Shown here: piece after piece, positions 51,972-64,000 of the stretch | Layout of the letters: every line of letters begins with the position of its first letter | Numbering within the stretch: the stretch's first letter is position 1 | Assembly: GCA_022813965.1 (NCBI GenBank) | Contig: JALDZS010000038.1 | Location: 62,001 to 126,000, forward strand | Length of the DNA stretch: 64,000 nucleotides | DNA from: Toensbergia leucococca | Lineage: Eukaryota | Reading direction: 5' to 3' | Position numbers and translations under genes: made by a program | The notes under the pieces: generated by a model | Database searches by the model: none | What the model was told of the DNA's origin: nothing | Seen by the model: the letters and a program-made list of their open reading frames with translations, nothing else

Positions 51972-53669
51972 ATGTCTGAGGGCAAGATCCTGAAACCTGA
52001 CAAGGACTTCACCAAAGAGACAGACAAACAAATCCCAGAAGCTCAAGAGCTCGCCAAAGTACATTACGGTTGTTTTCTGTGTATAGAGATAGTCTTAGCT
52101 GATCACTGCCTAGGATAACGTTCAAGCGGCGCTCGAAAAGCTCTCAGCTCTCGAAAAGCATACACGACAAGTAAGCTCCCTCGCCTGTTACTGAGGTTGA
52201 ATTTCTATAATAATATTACTTGTCCTGTAGGCCTCAGATCTCGCATCTACATCAAGACTACTCGTCGCTATCGTAACGATATGTAAAGAATCCAGCGACT
52301 GGGGGCTGCTGAACGAGCAGGTCCTCCTCCTTTCGAAGAAGCATGGACAGCTAAAGCAAGCTACGACGAAAATGGTCCAAATGGTCATGACCTTCTTGAC
52401 GGATGCACCAACCGCCGAGAAGAAAATGTCTGTGATCGAGACTTTGCGGACGGTGACAGAAGGAAAGGTAGGGGTAAATGCGACTTCTCTTTGCACTTTT
52501 GGCTGACATGGGTGAGATAGATCTTCGTTGAAGTTGAAAGAGCCCGAATCACACGCATCCTCTCCGACATGAAGAAGGAACAGGGAGATCTCAATGCGGC
52601 AGCGGATATTCTCTGCGAGCTACAGGTTGAAACCTTTGGATCAATGGAGAGGCGAGAAAAGACCGAGTTCATCCTTGAGCAAGTCTCGTTATGTATAGAA
52701 AAGGGTGATTGGACTCAGGCGGGTATTCTTAGTCGAAAAATTGGCACAAAATACTTTTCTCGGAAACCAAAGAGGACGCCTGAGCAAGTAGAAAAGGAGA
52801 AGAAGGAGCGAGAAGAGAAGGAGAAAAAGAGAAGCGCGGATGATCCTCCGTTGGAGAAGGAAGACGATGTGACGGACCTAAAGCTACGCTACTATGAGCA
52901 GCAAATAACCCTAGCAAAGCATGACGATAAATATCTAGATGCTTGCAAGCATTATCGGCAGGTCCTTGACACGGAGTCTGTAGAGGATAACGCGGAACAA
53001 CTCCAGGCGGTATGTCTTCGGATTTGGTTTTTTTTCCGCTATGATTTTAATGATATTTATCAGGTCCTGCAACGGGTAATTTACTACATAATTCTCGCAC
53101 CCCACAACAACGAACAATCAGATCTCCTTCACCGCGTTCACTCGGACACACGCAACTCTCTTATCCCACCCGAAGCCCAGCTCCTTAAACTCTTCACTGT
53201 GCCCGAGCTCATGCGATGGCCTATCGTCGCCGAACAATTCGGTCCGCACCTGTGTACCACCGACGTTTTCGACGCCTCCGCGTCCGAGTCCTCCGTTGAA
53301 CCAAAAGCCCACCAGCGCTGGCAAGATCTCCGCAAACGTGTCATTGAGCACAATGTTCGTGTGGTTGCTAAATACTATACCCGCATACAGATGGGCAGGT
53401 TGACTCAATTACTTGATCTAGACGAGGAAGAAACCGAGTCCTACATTAGCCAACTCGTCACGGCGAAAACGGTGTACGCAAAGATCGATAGGCCTGCGAG
53501 AGTGGTAAGCTTTGCCAAAACGAGGGATGCAGATGAGGTTCTCAACGAGTGGAGTGGAAGTATGAAGAGCTTATTGGGCTTGTTGGAGAGGATTGACCAT
53601 CTGATTACGAAAGAGGAGATGATGGCCCGCATACAGCCTAGCGGGTCCAAGGCAGGGAAAGCATATTAG
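51972..53669 (+). CDS. RPN5: 26S proteasome lid subunit Rpn5 (PCI domain); multi-exon
   Basis: LKPDKDFTKE, LEKHTRQ|ASDL, LSKKHGQLKQA, LQVETFGSM, KRVIEHNVRVVAKYY, AKIDRPA. Confidence 0.95.
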
Positions 53670-54185
53670 AATCTGCTGTACGATAAGGTAGCGTTCAGTG
53701 TCTGGGCGGTTGTATGATAGGTTCCAAATGTTAGATGGGCCAGGTAGTGACTCCAATACCTACCTTAAATGACAGTCACTTAAGCATAAGCACATTTTTC
53801 ATTAAGTGTTCTTTCCCTTTCACCTTTAAATTGACATAGGGCTTACTCCATACCTTATCATTGCTGATCAACGTGGTCTATATCTTACAGGAATAGTAGG
53901 TTAAAGTTTGTGAATCACGTCAAAGAAGCCGATGGAGAAATCCCAAGCAACAGAGAAGCTCGCATTCGAGTTCTAGAACACGCATGTCGTTCAAAACAGA
54001 AGAGTACTTGAGTGTGCCCTCCTCAAACTTTCACGTCCTTCCGGAAGCACCATCTTTCACTGCGAAAAATCTCCATTCCAAAAAAAACCCTCCCGCACCG
54101 TTTTAAACCAGCCCTCGAGATCCCTCTCTCGCGCCCTACTAAACCCACACATGCCCGCCAAACCCACCCTATCCACCAAACTCCC

Positions 54186-54902
54186 TCACCTTTCCCTCCA
54201 CGCCTTCATCTCCGCCACCACAGCCTCAGCAAAACAACCCCTGCAAAGTCCCAATGTGCCCAATTGCTCAAACACCGGCTTCTCGTTGCAAAGATCGCAG
54301 TCGGGCCAGGGGGGATACGCTTCTTCAGACAAGCCCGGTGGCTGTGCCGTCTGAGATTGGGCGTCTGGTGCGGGTGGGTGGGGAGGGATGGGAGGAGGGA
54401 GATCGGGGGTGGGGGGCGTGTCGAGGGCGAAGCGGACTCGGCGCTGAGGACGCGGCGAAGGTATGGATTGAGAGTTGGAGGGGGTTTGGGGAGCTTGAGG
54501 GGGATGGGGGTGTTGCGTGAGGGGGACAGGATACTGGTGGAGCTGGTCGAAGCGTGCTTGCTGCTGGTGTTGGAAGTCGTCGAGGCGGGCTTGTTGTTCT
54601 TGGACTTGCGGATTGTATTGGTGCCGTATTTGAGTCATGGGTTGTTCGAAGGCCGAGGGTTGAGGTGGTGGGTTTTCGGGGGCGGAAAGGTATTCGGAAG
54701 AGGAGGGGAAGATGGTGGTAGAGGAGGATTGGTCGGGATTGATTAGGTAGGCGAGGGGGCCTGGATACGGGTTTTCGAAGGAGCCAAGTGGAGCGGTGGG
54801 ATCGGGTGTGTGAGCGTATATGGTCTGGTTTGAGCTTGTTGATGGAGTTGGTATAGTGCCCGTGAGCACGTATTCTCCTCGATTGCAATCCCAACAATAC
54901 AT
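54186..54902 (-). CDS. Hypothetical Pro/Gln-rich protein with CxxC pairs
   Basis: 238-aa ORF with CWDC at the N-terminus and CDLC...CRGC at the C-terminus; compositionally biased, no recognisable family. Confidence 0.45.
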   Translation of the reverse strand: MYCWDCNRGEYVLTGTIPTPSTSSNQTIYAHTPDPTAPLGSFENPYPGPLAYLINPDQSSSTTIFPSSSEYLSAPENPPPQPSAFEQPMTQIRHQYNPQVQEQQARLDDFQHQQQARFDQLHQYPVPLTQHPHPPQAPQTPSNSQSIPSPRPQRRVRFALDTPPTPDLPPPIPPHPPAPDAQSQTAQPPGLSEEAYPPWPDCDLCNEKPVFEQLGTLGLCRGCFAEAVVAEMKAWRER

Positions 54903-55217
54903 TTTCTTCAGTCAGGTGGTGAAATCACGACTTCGACGTGGAAGAGGCTCTTTCCCTCTGTGAAAGCGCAAAATGAGGAACATTTATGTACGTGAGTGTT
55001 GTCACTGGTTGAAGACGCTCTGTGAATTCTCCCAATCACTGACGTATTACCGCACTCTCCGTCCTTCACCTGCCAACCAGTAGATGGAGTAGAAATGGTT
55101 GATGAACAACCAAACTTGGTCTTTTTTTTATATACAAATACATGAGCTTACCATAGAATCACCATGCTAATGTAGCTTTCCCGGAGCTTGATACGTGGAG
55201 GAGACATAGATCTTTCC

Positions 55218-57707
55218 TCAAAAGTCATCTTCATTCAGCGTCTTAGGTTTCTTATCCTTCCTGTTCTTCCTGTTGTTCCTGGGGTTTTTGTGGAAGGTAG
55301 GTTCTGGCTTTGACAAATCTCTAAAGTCCTCCATTTCCTCATCCCTGTCAGTATCTACATTGACGACTGTCTTACCCCTCGGTCTGCTAGCCGCTTTGTC
55401 TGTAACCGGTTTGATCGTACGAAGTATCCTGGTCTTAGCCCCAAGCGCCCACAAGTCCCCCCATCGTGACTTCCTCGCATCTCGATATGCCTGCTTGCTG
55501 AATGATTTTGGGACAGTCCAGCGCTCTATTTGACCAGCCGGAGTGCAGACGTCAAGTATGACATGTCCGCGGCGTTTGAGTGGTGGTAAGATATTACGAG
55601 GTAAACCCAAAGCATTTACAACGGGTTCTTGGAAATCGGGCTTCTGCGAAGGCTCTCCTGAGGCTTTATCCCGTAAGATCTCCTCACCTTCATAACCAAC
55701 AAAAGCAGCTTCGGTTGCCGGATCGCCCTGAACAATACCGTGAGTCTGTCGCTGATCTCGCCCACGCTGTACAGCAACATAGCTGAACTGGATATCTTCA
55801 TGATTGCGGTCCTTGGAACCGAGAATACGCTGCAAATATGGAGGTCGAACGTAACGCTGCGAGAAGTGGCAGTAAAACTTTCGGTCCTTGCTTCGTCCTT
55901 GGACGAGGTACATTGGACACCGAGAGTGATTTGTACAGGGTGCAATGATCATGCCATTGTCCTTGGTTGTAAAATCCTCGTTAGAAAGTTCGTGAAGGTC
56001 GCTTTTAGCTCGAACCTTTTCAGGCGAAGCAATGTTATTTTTTAAGAGCAGCTCTCGTGCGCCTGCAATCAGCTCGAACCCTCTGGGAACACCCTTTTCA
56101 ATGAGTATGAGGACACCCCCGTCTGGATTGAGTAAAGACCAAAGATTCTGGACCTGAGCTTTTCGTATGTAGTCTTCTTTCAAGGTCCACAGAGTATAGG
56201 GAGCTATAATCACGTCGTAGTGTGTTCGAGATTGGGAACCGTCAACCAAAACAGAGGGGGGATCCCGAAGTGGTACATAATCTGGTAAACGAGGCAGAAA
56301 AGTGGTATTGTCAAGCAGTCTGCTTGCACGGTGGCGTAATACGGATGATCCTGCGATGACTGTGGCTTTACCAAAGGGAGTAGGCTGCTCATTTGGTACA
56401 CCATCAGAATGTGACGACTCCCACTCGGCTCGCACTATCTCCCGCCATGCGAGTACACCGGCTCCTCCAGCCCCAGCATCTAGAACGCGAGGCCCCCCAT
56501 CTTTCTTCAAGAGCTGACCTAGCCAAGAAGACCCTAGGCGTTTGCGAATCTCAACCAAAGTGCTTACTACTGTAGCATATGCACCTGGCATTATAGCAGC
56601 CAGATAAACGTTAGCTTCCATATCCCCCATTTTAAATTGCGAAGCCTCCAGTGCAATAGGATGTTGTTTCAAGTGGCGTTTAGACAGGGGAGTGGCTGTC
56701 GAATTGGGCAAACCTAGTCCGCCAAATACTCGCAAAGCTACTTCGGTTAGATGTTTGTTCGAGGAATCAGCCAACAAGGACGTGACAGGGTCAACGAGAG
56801 TTTCCTTGGGTAAATTCAAAGTAGCAGGAGATGTCCCAAATCTGCCAACGACTGTTAGGGGATGCGTTCTGACGGCATCGCTACTTTCGTATGCGTTTTC
56901 TGATTCGTCAAGTTCTTCGAGTTCCTCGTCATCATACCCATCACTATCCATTTCTTCCTGAGCCTCATCCGCCTCCTCCACAATGTTGTCTTCCACGCCA
57001 TTCAAGATACTAACTTTTTCCAACCCAAGAGGCTTCACCTGGCTAGCAGCGACCATGTCCTGATACAGCATCATCCGTGCCCGAAAATCAGTATTCTCTT
57101 CACGTTTTGGAGAGAGGCGGTCTGCTTCCTCCATTGTACCTTCGGAAACATCGCTAATTTGGCCGTCCTCCTGCTCATATTCTGCCTCTTGACAGTTCCC
57201 ATCATTATTCTCCCTTAGATCATACTCTACTTCCTTCAGGTTCCCATCATCGTTCTCCCATGAAAGTGACTTTCGGGGTATATCCTTTTCTTCCTCCCCC
57301 AAGAGATTCTCGCCCATATCTTGGAGCAGTCGTATATCTTCTGGTCTGGTCGGTTTTATTGGCGAGCCATAAAGTCTCTCATAGATAGCATATTCTTCCG
57401 GAGATAGAAAGCTTCCTGGGAGAGTTTCTCCGAAAGTCTGACGGGCTTGGCGTACTAAGGCCTCCATCTGCGCCGGCGACGATTTGATGGGCCCATCACG
57501 ATCATTCTCGACAGAGACACGAGCAGCCTGGGCTATCCCAACGGCCAAGGGTCGTGCTTGCTGATTCCCTAAGACTCTTGCACGAATCGATAAGACTAGT
57601 CTCGGTCTCGTTGACGTTGGTGTGGGGCAGAAGCCATGCTCAAACAGGGTGATAAGCCGAGACTTGCAAGGACCACATATGTTCTGGGATATTCGCGAGG
57701 CTTGCAT
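55218..57707 (-). CDS. RSM22: Mitochondrial small-subunit assembly factor Rsm22 (methyltransferase-like)
   Basis: VLDAGAGGAG, LIEKGVPRGFE, IIAPCTNH, KRRGHVILDVCT, YRDARKSRWGDLW. Confidence 0.93.
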   Translation of the reverse strand: MQASRISQNICGPCKSRLITLFEHGFCPTPTSTRPRLVLSIRARVLGNQQARPLAVGIAQAARVSVENDRDGPIKSSPAQMEALVRQARQTFGETLPGSFLSPEEYAIYERLYGSPIKPTRPEDIRLLQDMGENLLGEEEKDIPRKSLSWENDDGNLKEVEYDLRENNDGNCQEAEYEQEDGQISDVSEGTMEEADRLSPKREENTDFRARMMLYQDMVAASQVKPLGLEKVSILNGVEDNIVEEADEAQEEMDSDGYDDEELEELDESENAYESSDAVRTHPLTVVGRFGTSPATLNLPKETLVDPVTSLLADSSNKHLTEVALRVFGGLGLPNSTATPLSKRHLKQHPIALEASQFKMGDMEANVYLAAIMPGAYATVVSTLVEIRKRLGSSWLGQLLKKDGGPRVLDAGAGGAGVLAWREIVRAEWESSHSDGVPNEQPTPFGKATVIAGSSVLRHRASRLLDNTTFLPRLPDYVPLRDPPSVLVDGSQSRTHYDVIIAPYTLWTLKEDYIRKAQVQNLWSLLNPDGGVLILIEKGVPRGFELIAGARELLLKNNIASPEKVRAKSDLHELSNEDFTTKDNGMIIAPCTNHSRCPMYLVQGRSKDRKFYCHFSQRYVRPPYLQRILGSKDRNHEDIQFSYVAVQRGRDQRQTHGIVQGDPATEAAFVGYEGEEILRDKASGEPSQKPDFQEPVVNALGLPRNILPPLKRRGHVILDVCTPAGQIERWTVPKSFSKQAYRDARKSRWGDLWALGAKTRILRTIKPVTDKAASRPRGKTVVNVDTDRDEEMEDFRDLSKPEPTFHKNPRNNRKNRKDKKPKTLNEDDF

Positions 57708-57950
57708 GTCGTGTTGAAGATACCTTGTTGAAATGGAGCTTTAGAAGTATCATGTGCTTTGAACGCGTAAAGGCGCTTGGGGTGCTTGCGTCCGATGCGT
57801 CACTCGCGACTATTTCAAGTTGCATAAGCCAAGACGTATTCTATCGGTGACGTCGCTTATCATAATTAAATTCCTTTTCCAATCCTACCTACCTCTTACC
57901 CCTACCTAATCCTCATTCCGGTTCTTGTCTGCTATGCTCCAAAGTGATCC

Positions 57951-59156
57951 ATGACTCAAGTATCAGCAATTGTTGCCCAGAGTAATCACACTTTCCTCGA
58001 CTACGGTACAATGGAACTAGTCAAGACGCCGTCTCCTGCTCTCCGTCTTCCCTTCCGCGAACGCCTGCATCACTTCACCTTCGCTTGGTTTACCCTGACC
58101 ATGTCAACTGGAGGCATAGCTCTTCTTTTGGCCGTGACTCCTCATCGCTTCCGCGGCCTAGAAACACTTCGCACCATAATCTTCCTCCTCGACATAGCTT
58201 TTTTCATCATTATAACAGCACTTATCCTCACCCGTTTCCTCCTATTTCCCGGCGCCTTCACACGATCCGTCCTCCACCCAACTGAGTCTCTATTCATTCC
58301 CACGTTCTTCCTCTCTCTTGCAACTTTGATTTCTAACATCCAAAAATACGGCGTTCCTTCTGCTGGCCCTTGGCTTCTCGTCTGCTTGCGAGTAATCTTC
58401 TGGATCTATGCCGCTACCACTTTTGGCACTTCGGTTCTCCAGTACCACCTCCTCTTTACCGGCAAACCCCTTACCGTCCAATCCATGACTCCAGCATGGC
58501 TCCTTCCAATCTTTCCCGTTATGCTGACTGGAACTCTGGCCTCGGTGACGGCTGGCTCCCAGCCTTCCCACTACGCCATCCCCATTATCATCGGCGGCAT
58601 CACGTTCCAAGGTCTTGGCATCCTCGTCTCTGTCTTCATGTACAGTAACTATATTGGCCGCCTCATGTCCTTTGGCCTACCTTCGCCTAACATGCGCCCA
58701 GGCATGTTCATTGCGGTTGGGCCCCCGTCATTCACAGCCTTAGCTCTGATAGGCATGGCTGATGGTGCGATCATCACCTTTCCCCATACATTTGTCGTTG
58801 GCACCTCCGACGTTCCAACAGCACAAGTCCTGAAAATAATTGCCGTCTTCACCGCCATCTTCCTTTGGGCACTCTCCTTCTTTTTCTTCAGCATCTCTAT
58901 CTTCGCTACACTTTGCGGAGCGAGGAAAATGTGGTTTCATCTTAGCTGGTGGAGCTTTATTTTCCCGAACACGGGGTTCATTATTGCTGCTATCAGCATT
59001 GGACAAGCAATAGAGAGTAAAGCGATCCTGTGGACAGCAAGCGTGGCCACTGTATTACAAGTCGCGGCTTGGCTGGGTGTAGGCGTGGCGCACACGAGAG
59101 CTGTGTGGAGGAAAGACATTTGCTGGCCCGGGAAGGATGAGGATCACGACGACTGA
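57951..59156 (+). CDS. TDT/SLAC1-family C4-dicarboxylate (malic acid) transporter, Mae1-like
   Basis: HFTFAWFTLTMSTGG, PAWLLPIFP, RPGMFIAVGPPSFT, WWSFIFPNTG; multiple TM segments. Confidence 0.92.
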   Translation: MTQVSAIVAQSNHTFLDYGTMELVKTPSPALRLPFRERLHHFTFAWFTLTMSTGGIALLLAVTPHRFRGLETLRTIIFLLDIAFFIIITALILTRFLLFPGAFTRSVLHPTESLFIPTFFLSLATLISNIQKYGVPSAGPWLLVCLRVIFWIYAATTFGTSVLQYHLLFTGKPLTVQSMTPAWLLPIFPVMLTGTLASVTAGSQPSHYAIPIIIGGITFQGLGILVSVFMYSNYIGRLMSFGLPSPNMRPGMFIAVGPPSFTALALIGMADGAIITFPHTFVVGTSDVPTAQVLKIIAVFTAIFLWALSFFFFSISIFATLCGARKMWFHLSWWSFIFPNTGFIIAAISIGQAIESKAILWTASVATVLQVAAWLGVGVAHTRAVWRKDICWPGKDEDHDD

Positions 59157-59690
59157 ATCCAAGGCAATGCAAACAAGCTTGGGAGGTGAAAAACCGCTAT
59201 TCCGGCCAAAGTAATTCAATGACGACTAGCAATTTGGCCAAAAAATCTATAAGATGGCCTACACTGCTCCGATTTGATCCCATCAGATCAAAACAGGATA
59301 TTATGGTTCAAACTGGTGTCTGAGCGAACAGAATTGAGGCTAGAATAATGCTAGCTGTACTTCGGTTGGTAGTTGGGCTATCGCTGGTAATTTGGGCATG
59401 TTGAGAAGTGACACCCCCAGCGATCAAGGAGAGGAACTGCAGGTAGATCTTGATCTAGCCTTTATCAAGCAGGTCTCGACGATTGACCCTCGACGAGGAA
59501 TCTGCTCTCTAACAATGATTCAACCAAGTAGAATAAGAATTTGAGGTATCCAAGTCGTTGGTTAGAACCAACACCCACCATACCGACTAAGTAATCCGAG
59601 TCTGATATTACAAGTTACCAATGACTTTGGACATCCAAGGCATGCACGGGATTATCCCTACTCAGAAATCCTCGCTGTCCGGACAACACT

Positions 59691-61945
59691 TCATCTCCGA
59701 GTGTTTGCCGTATTTTGGAGACTGCCCTCTTTATCGACTGCTTGCTTGGTTTTCTTGTTGCTCTCCCTAAACTTGTTGAGTGCAGAAGGCCTCCGAGTTG
59801 AAGCGACAACTTCATTAGGTTTCATGAAAGTACCCGAAGCTGAGCGCCTTCGGGTGTAGGTAATGATTGTATTTTTCTTCGTCTTACTTCCAATATCTTC
59901 TGATTCGATCATCCGTTTCAGCGCCCTCAACGGCCTCTTCGACACCTTCTTTACTGGCTTCCCATTCACGGTGCCTAGAGATCCTGAAGTTCTCGCTTTA
60001 CCTGTTTTTTTGCTTGTTTGCGCTCTAGCAGTTGCAAGTGTATTCTTCAGAGAAGATGGAACGACAATCTTCCCCTTCTTTACCATATCCTTGATGGAGT
60101 CTTCCACAGCCTGTTGGAACTTCCGTTTGCCACCTGTAAGGAGTGGTTTCAAGGCATCTTTGATTTCTTTGGGCTTGGGACCAAGAACGCCACGGCAAGA
60201 TGCAGCGCCGCAACGACATTGCTGGACATTTTTGATTGAAAAAGGACTATATTGGAGGATCAGTTGAGGCGATTGAATGACAAGGGGGGTGGATGTGAAC
60301 TGCTCACTCGAAATTATAATCATACGTCAATTCTTCGCCTGTCTGTATTCCTTCCTCACCAGCAAAGAGTGCCATTCGAGGTTTACCGGCGACCGTCCAT
60401 TTGATCATCTTGCAATTAGGCTCACACGAGTGATTTACAAAACGCGCGATAGATCCCCGAGTAGCATCAACTATCATGTTTTGCTCAAAGGACATTAAAT
60501 AGTAGCACTGCGATTCTTTAGCAATTGTGAAATATGAGGAATGAAAAGACGTCTGACCTCGTTATCTCGATACATATTGTGCATCCTATCTTCGCATTCG
60601 TCCTGTGTGATAATTTCACCCGTATACTCAACAATAATCTGATTCGGATCGAAGCTCCGATTACTTCGTACCCCGTATCCACGGTCCAACGTTTTCATGA
60701 CCTCAACACCAATCCTGTACTTACCACCAGCCTTGCATCGCTGGCGCAGTTCCTCGAAGCTGCGATTCGTGCAATACTCAGCACCGATGTTGCAATTACT
60801 GTCATCACACTCGTAAAACATGAAACGGTTGAAGCAATCTTCGTCGCAACCCTTTTCGGGGCCGCATATGCATGTTGAGGATTCAAGGCGTTTCGACTTC
60901 TTCCAAACGTTTGCAGCGTCACCAACGAAGACGTCTAGGAATCGGATCAGTAAGGTCCCAGTAAAATTCTGTGCAAAAACGTACTCTTCTGCGTCTTTCT
61001 CCATTCTTCTGGCTTTGGCTGCCCTGGTGGCAGGGGCGAAAATACATCAAAAGGTAGACTGAAATTTCTCCCCAAGTCTAGCGTTCTTTGACCTGCGAAC
61101 ATTGGCAAGGGCAACAGAACACGCCGTTGAGCAGCCGAAAGCTTCCTTGAGGCCTTCTTCAACTTATCTTTAGTCTCTGTAAGTCTCGGATCGAAGTCTC
61201 GATCCTGACCCACGTAAAGTCCTTGGCATAACCACCGCTTGATTTTCGGCGTCCTAGCACTCTTCGAAATTCTCTGCAGCTGAGTAGATAAGTCCTTGGC
61301 GTCCAAGATCTCCGCTAGCCGCGTCTTTTTCTGAACCGGCTCCTCAAAGTCTGGTCTTTGTGTATCTCGAGGTCTCAGACTGGTTCTCCTATCTCCCTTT
61401 AATGCCTGCAATTTCTCCTTCCCAGCCTCCATGGCTTCTCTCCCTCTCTTCCCCAATATATCTTTTGTCTTCTCAACCATACCCGATGCCCTCTCGAGCA
61501 AGCCTAAACGCGTAGATTTCCGTGTCTTCGTTGTAGGTTCCTGCATAGAAGTCGTCGGATAATCTGCTCCCTCGCCATTGAGCGCAAGCGTTTCCTTTTC
61601 AGTTTGCGGCAGGACCTGTTGTAGCTGCCTTTTTAGGATACCTTCTGTAAGTGTCTCACCGGATATAGTACGACTACCGCCTTCTCCGCTTTTTCTACGT
61701 GGCCTATAGTTGCTATTACCTGAGAGGATACCTTCATTATAGCTGCCTACGGTACGACGGCGTTGGGGACGTCCACAGATGCCGCCTCGTATCTCGGCCT
61801 TTGCCGACGCGTCTGTGGCAACGCTGGCAGTATCAGTGTTGCTTGTTGTGGGGGTAACGGAAGCCTCTATTGAAGAAGTGTCGTTGCGATCATGGCAGGC
61901 AGTAGTCTCAGAGCGCGCGGTAGCAGAAGATTGGGAGCGCGTCAT
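59691..61945 (-). CDS. ASH1: AWS-SET-postSET histone lysine methyltransferase, ASH1-like (H3K36); 4 exons
   Basis: CDEDCFNR AWS region, RGYGVR, IVEYTGEII, ARFVNHSCEPNC, ELTYDYNF, CRCGAASCRGVLG; KRWLCQGLYVGQ block upstream. Confidence 0.85.
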
Positions 61946-62555
61946 GGCAATTCAAGTAATCAGAGTAGTCTTTCGAGGGAAGAAATGGAAGCAGAAGCGG
62001 CAAGGGAACTTCTGGGACGTTGCTTGCGATTTGTTGCTGGAGTTATTCGTAAAATTGACTGAAATTAGGCAATGAATGATGACAATGGCGGCAAGAGCGA
62101 GAACGTTCAAGAACAGAAAAGCCAACTCATTGGCAAGACGCCCATAGAAAGTTGGACGGAAGTTATTGTGTGTTGAAGAATTGCAGGAGTCACAGACGTG
62201 CAGACACAACAAACTTTGAACTGCAGCCAATAATCATCCACCTCCGAATCTCAAACCGGCAGGCAACAACCACACATTCCATTCTATCTCTACGGCTTGA
62301 TTCAAGCTATGAAATTCATAACATTGCCTCATTAAGTAACAGGTAGGTATTAAGTAATAGATATTAGGTATTAGGTATTCCAGGCCTGGGAAGCATGAGC
62401 CTGCTCTGTCTTACTAGCTGTTGGGCATATCGCTCTTCTACACGGAGTTGGTGCATATATAATTATGCACGGTCGAAAGACCTGGACCCGAAATACCTGC
62501 TTGGGATACAAGAAATATAAGATTGAAATATCGTACAGAGATTGACGATGCCTTT

Positions 62556-64000
62556 TCATTGCTTGTCTTCCGTGTTGTTTTCCCGCAGAGACGTCGGGCC
62601 TTGGAAGGAAGGATTTACGCCACTGACACTTTGCAACTCCATTCCACTGCCTTGCTGCTCAGGATCAGAGAGCGTCTGCCTGGTACCTTTGCGAGCCCCA
62701 AATCTCTGATCACCTTCCTCATATTTCTCCTTGAAATGCAGATAGGTAGGCGGTCGAGGTCGAATAAGGACGACAATCCAATTCTTAATGTAGTCGCCCT
62801 GGTCAAATGGTCGATGTCGGTCCTTCTTTAGGAATTTGTGCGAATTTAGGAATTCTCGCGTCGTCTCTCCACGTCCCATCAGAAACAGATGGTAACACCA
62901 AAGACACGCTGGATACGGCGTGATGAGAAGACCGTATAGCATCATAGCGAAAGGTACACGCCAATGGTTTATTGACTCGGCGAATGAGATCCCTTGCATA
63001 GACTGATAGCGTAAACAGTGCCCAAGGCTGGCAAATGTAAGGTAAATGCCGAGCGCTGTGCCTGTGCTCACGAAAGTGATAAAGTAGCGATAATTTCGGC
63101 GTCCAACACAGTTGTTGAGCCAAACACAATGATGGTCCTGCGTTTCTATGCAGCTATCGCAGGACCTGCAATGATGACACCGTGGCGGCCGCCAAATATT
63201 GCAGGTTTTGCAGTACTTGGTGGGAACATCCATCGCCGAATTGGCCGATTCTGACGATTTGATCATAGTCCATTCCGTCAATGATGGACCTAAAGTAAGT
63301 GGATCCTCCGGTGTCTCAGACGAAGGGAAAGGATGCAAATTGCGAGGCAAGATCTTAATCAAGTCCGTTAGAGAGAGAAGTGCTGGGGAGGGTGGAATTA
63401 AGGACATACACCAGGGTCCGTCACAGACGCGTGAATGAATGATGATATACAGATGAAAAAGATGTACGCAAATAGAATGGGAATCGCAGGTGACCCGTTG
63501 TGCCATAACCATGGCGCCCTAGCACAAAGTTTAGAATCGTACTGAGTCCGCCCTGCCAGAAACGTGGGTGACTTACGAATATGCAAAAAACAGAACAACA
63601 GGTATTACGACAAGTAACCCAGTTGCGACGTTAATAGGCCTTTCTCTGGTATTTTGAAACCTTCCCCCGAAGCAAAACACTGTATTACCCTCGAAATACT
63701 CGTAATTGAATCCAGCCTGCGAAGTCGCCGGCTGCGCTGCTTTCGGCTGCACAGGTCTGGGCGACGTAGCTGTAGACGATAAACGCTTATGTGTATGTGT
63801 TTCGTTGCGGGCGATTTCATTCACTTTGGTGGGCAATAGAAAACTAGTTCTGAATGACCTTGGAGATTTTTGCATTGGTGAATGTTTACCGTTACCATGC
63901 TTCTGATTCTTTGCGAGGTCGAGGTACGTAGGCCTTGGGTTTGAGGAGCGATCTTGAAGCGGTCTGTCGCTATCGCCAATGCTTCGTACAGTCGCATTAC
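62556..64000 (-). CDS. ERF2: DHHC palmitoyltransferase Erf2 (5' end outside window); multi-exon
   Basis: NYEYFEGNTVFCFGGR, KYCKTCNIWRPPRCHHC...QDHHCVWLNNCVGRRNYRYF, GETTREFLN. Confidence 0.92.

Overview
Gene-dense, intron-containing genomic DNA from a filamentous ascomycete (Pezizomycotina; inferred from intron signals and protein families, species not identifiable). About 27 protein-coding genes are supported, mostly housekeeping: the tail of an M20 amidohydrolase, a four-exon ISD11 missed by the ORF track, a tandem MET3-MET16 sulfate-assimilation pair, VMA22, SER2, IPI3, an SDR, MRP2, an Arb2-domain gene, FSH1, EPT1/CPT1, a PNPOx-like gene, NIPSNAP, RPN5, RSM22, a Mae1/TDT transporter, an ASH1-like SET gene and a partial ERF2. 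Two stretches (~3.7-8.9 kb and ~14.6-16.6 kb) look like decayed coding sequence, and there are two tandem-repeat arrays. I found no tRNA, rRNA, CRISPR array or intact transposon, and no clearly novel multi-gene system. The best leads are a structured intergenic RNA candidate at ~19.4-19.6 kb (box C plus 18S-antisense segments), structured introns in MET3 and ISD11, an out-of-frame ISD11 C-terminal tail, and several non-canonical splice sites including GC-AG introns in two adjacent genes. All family assignments are from motif recognition; no database search was run.
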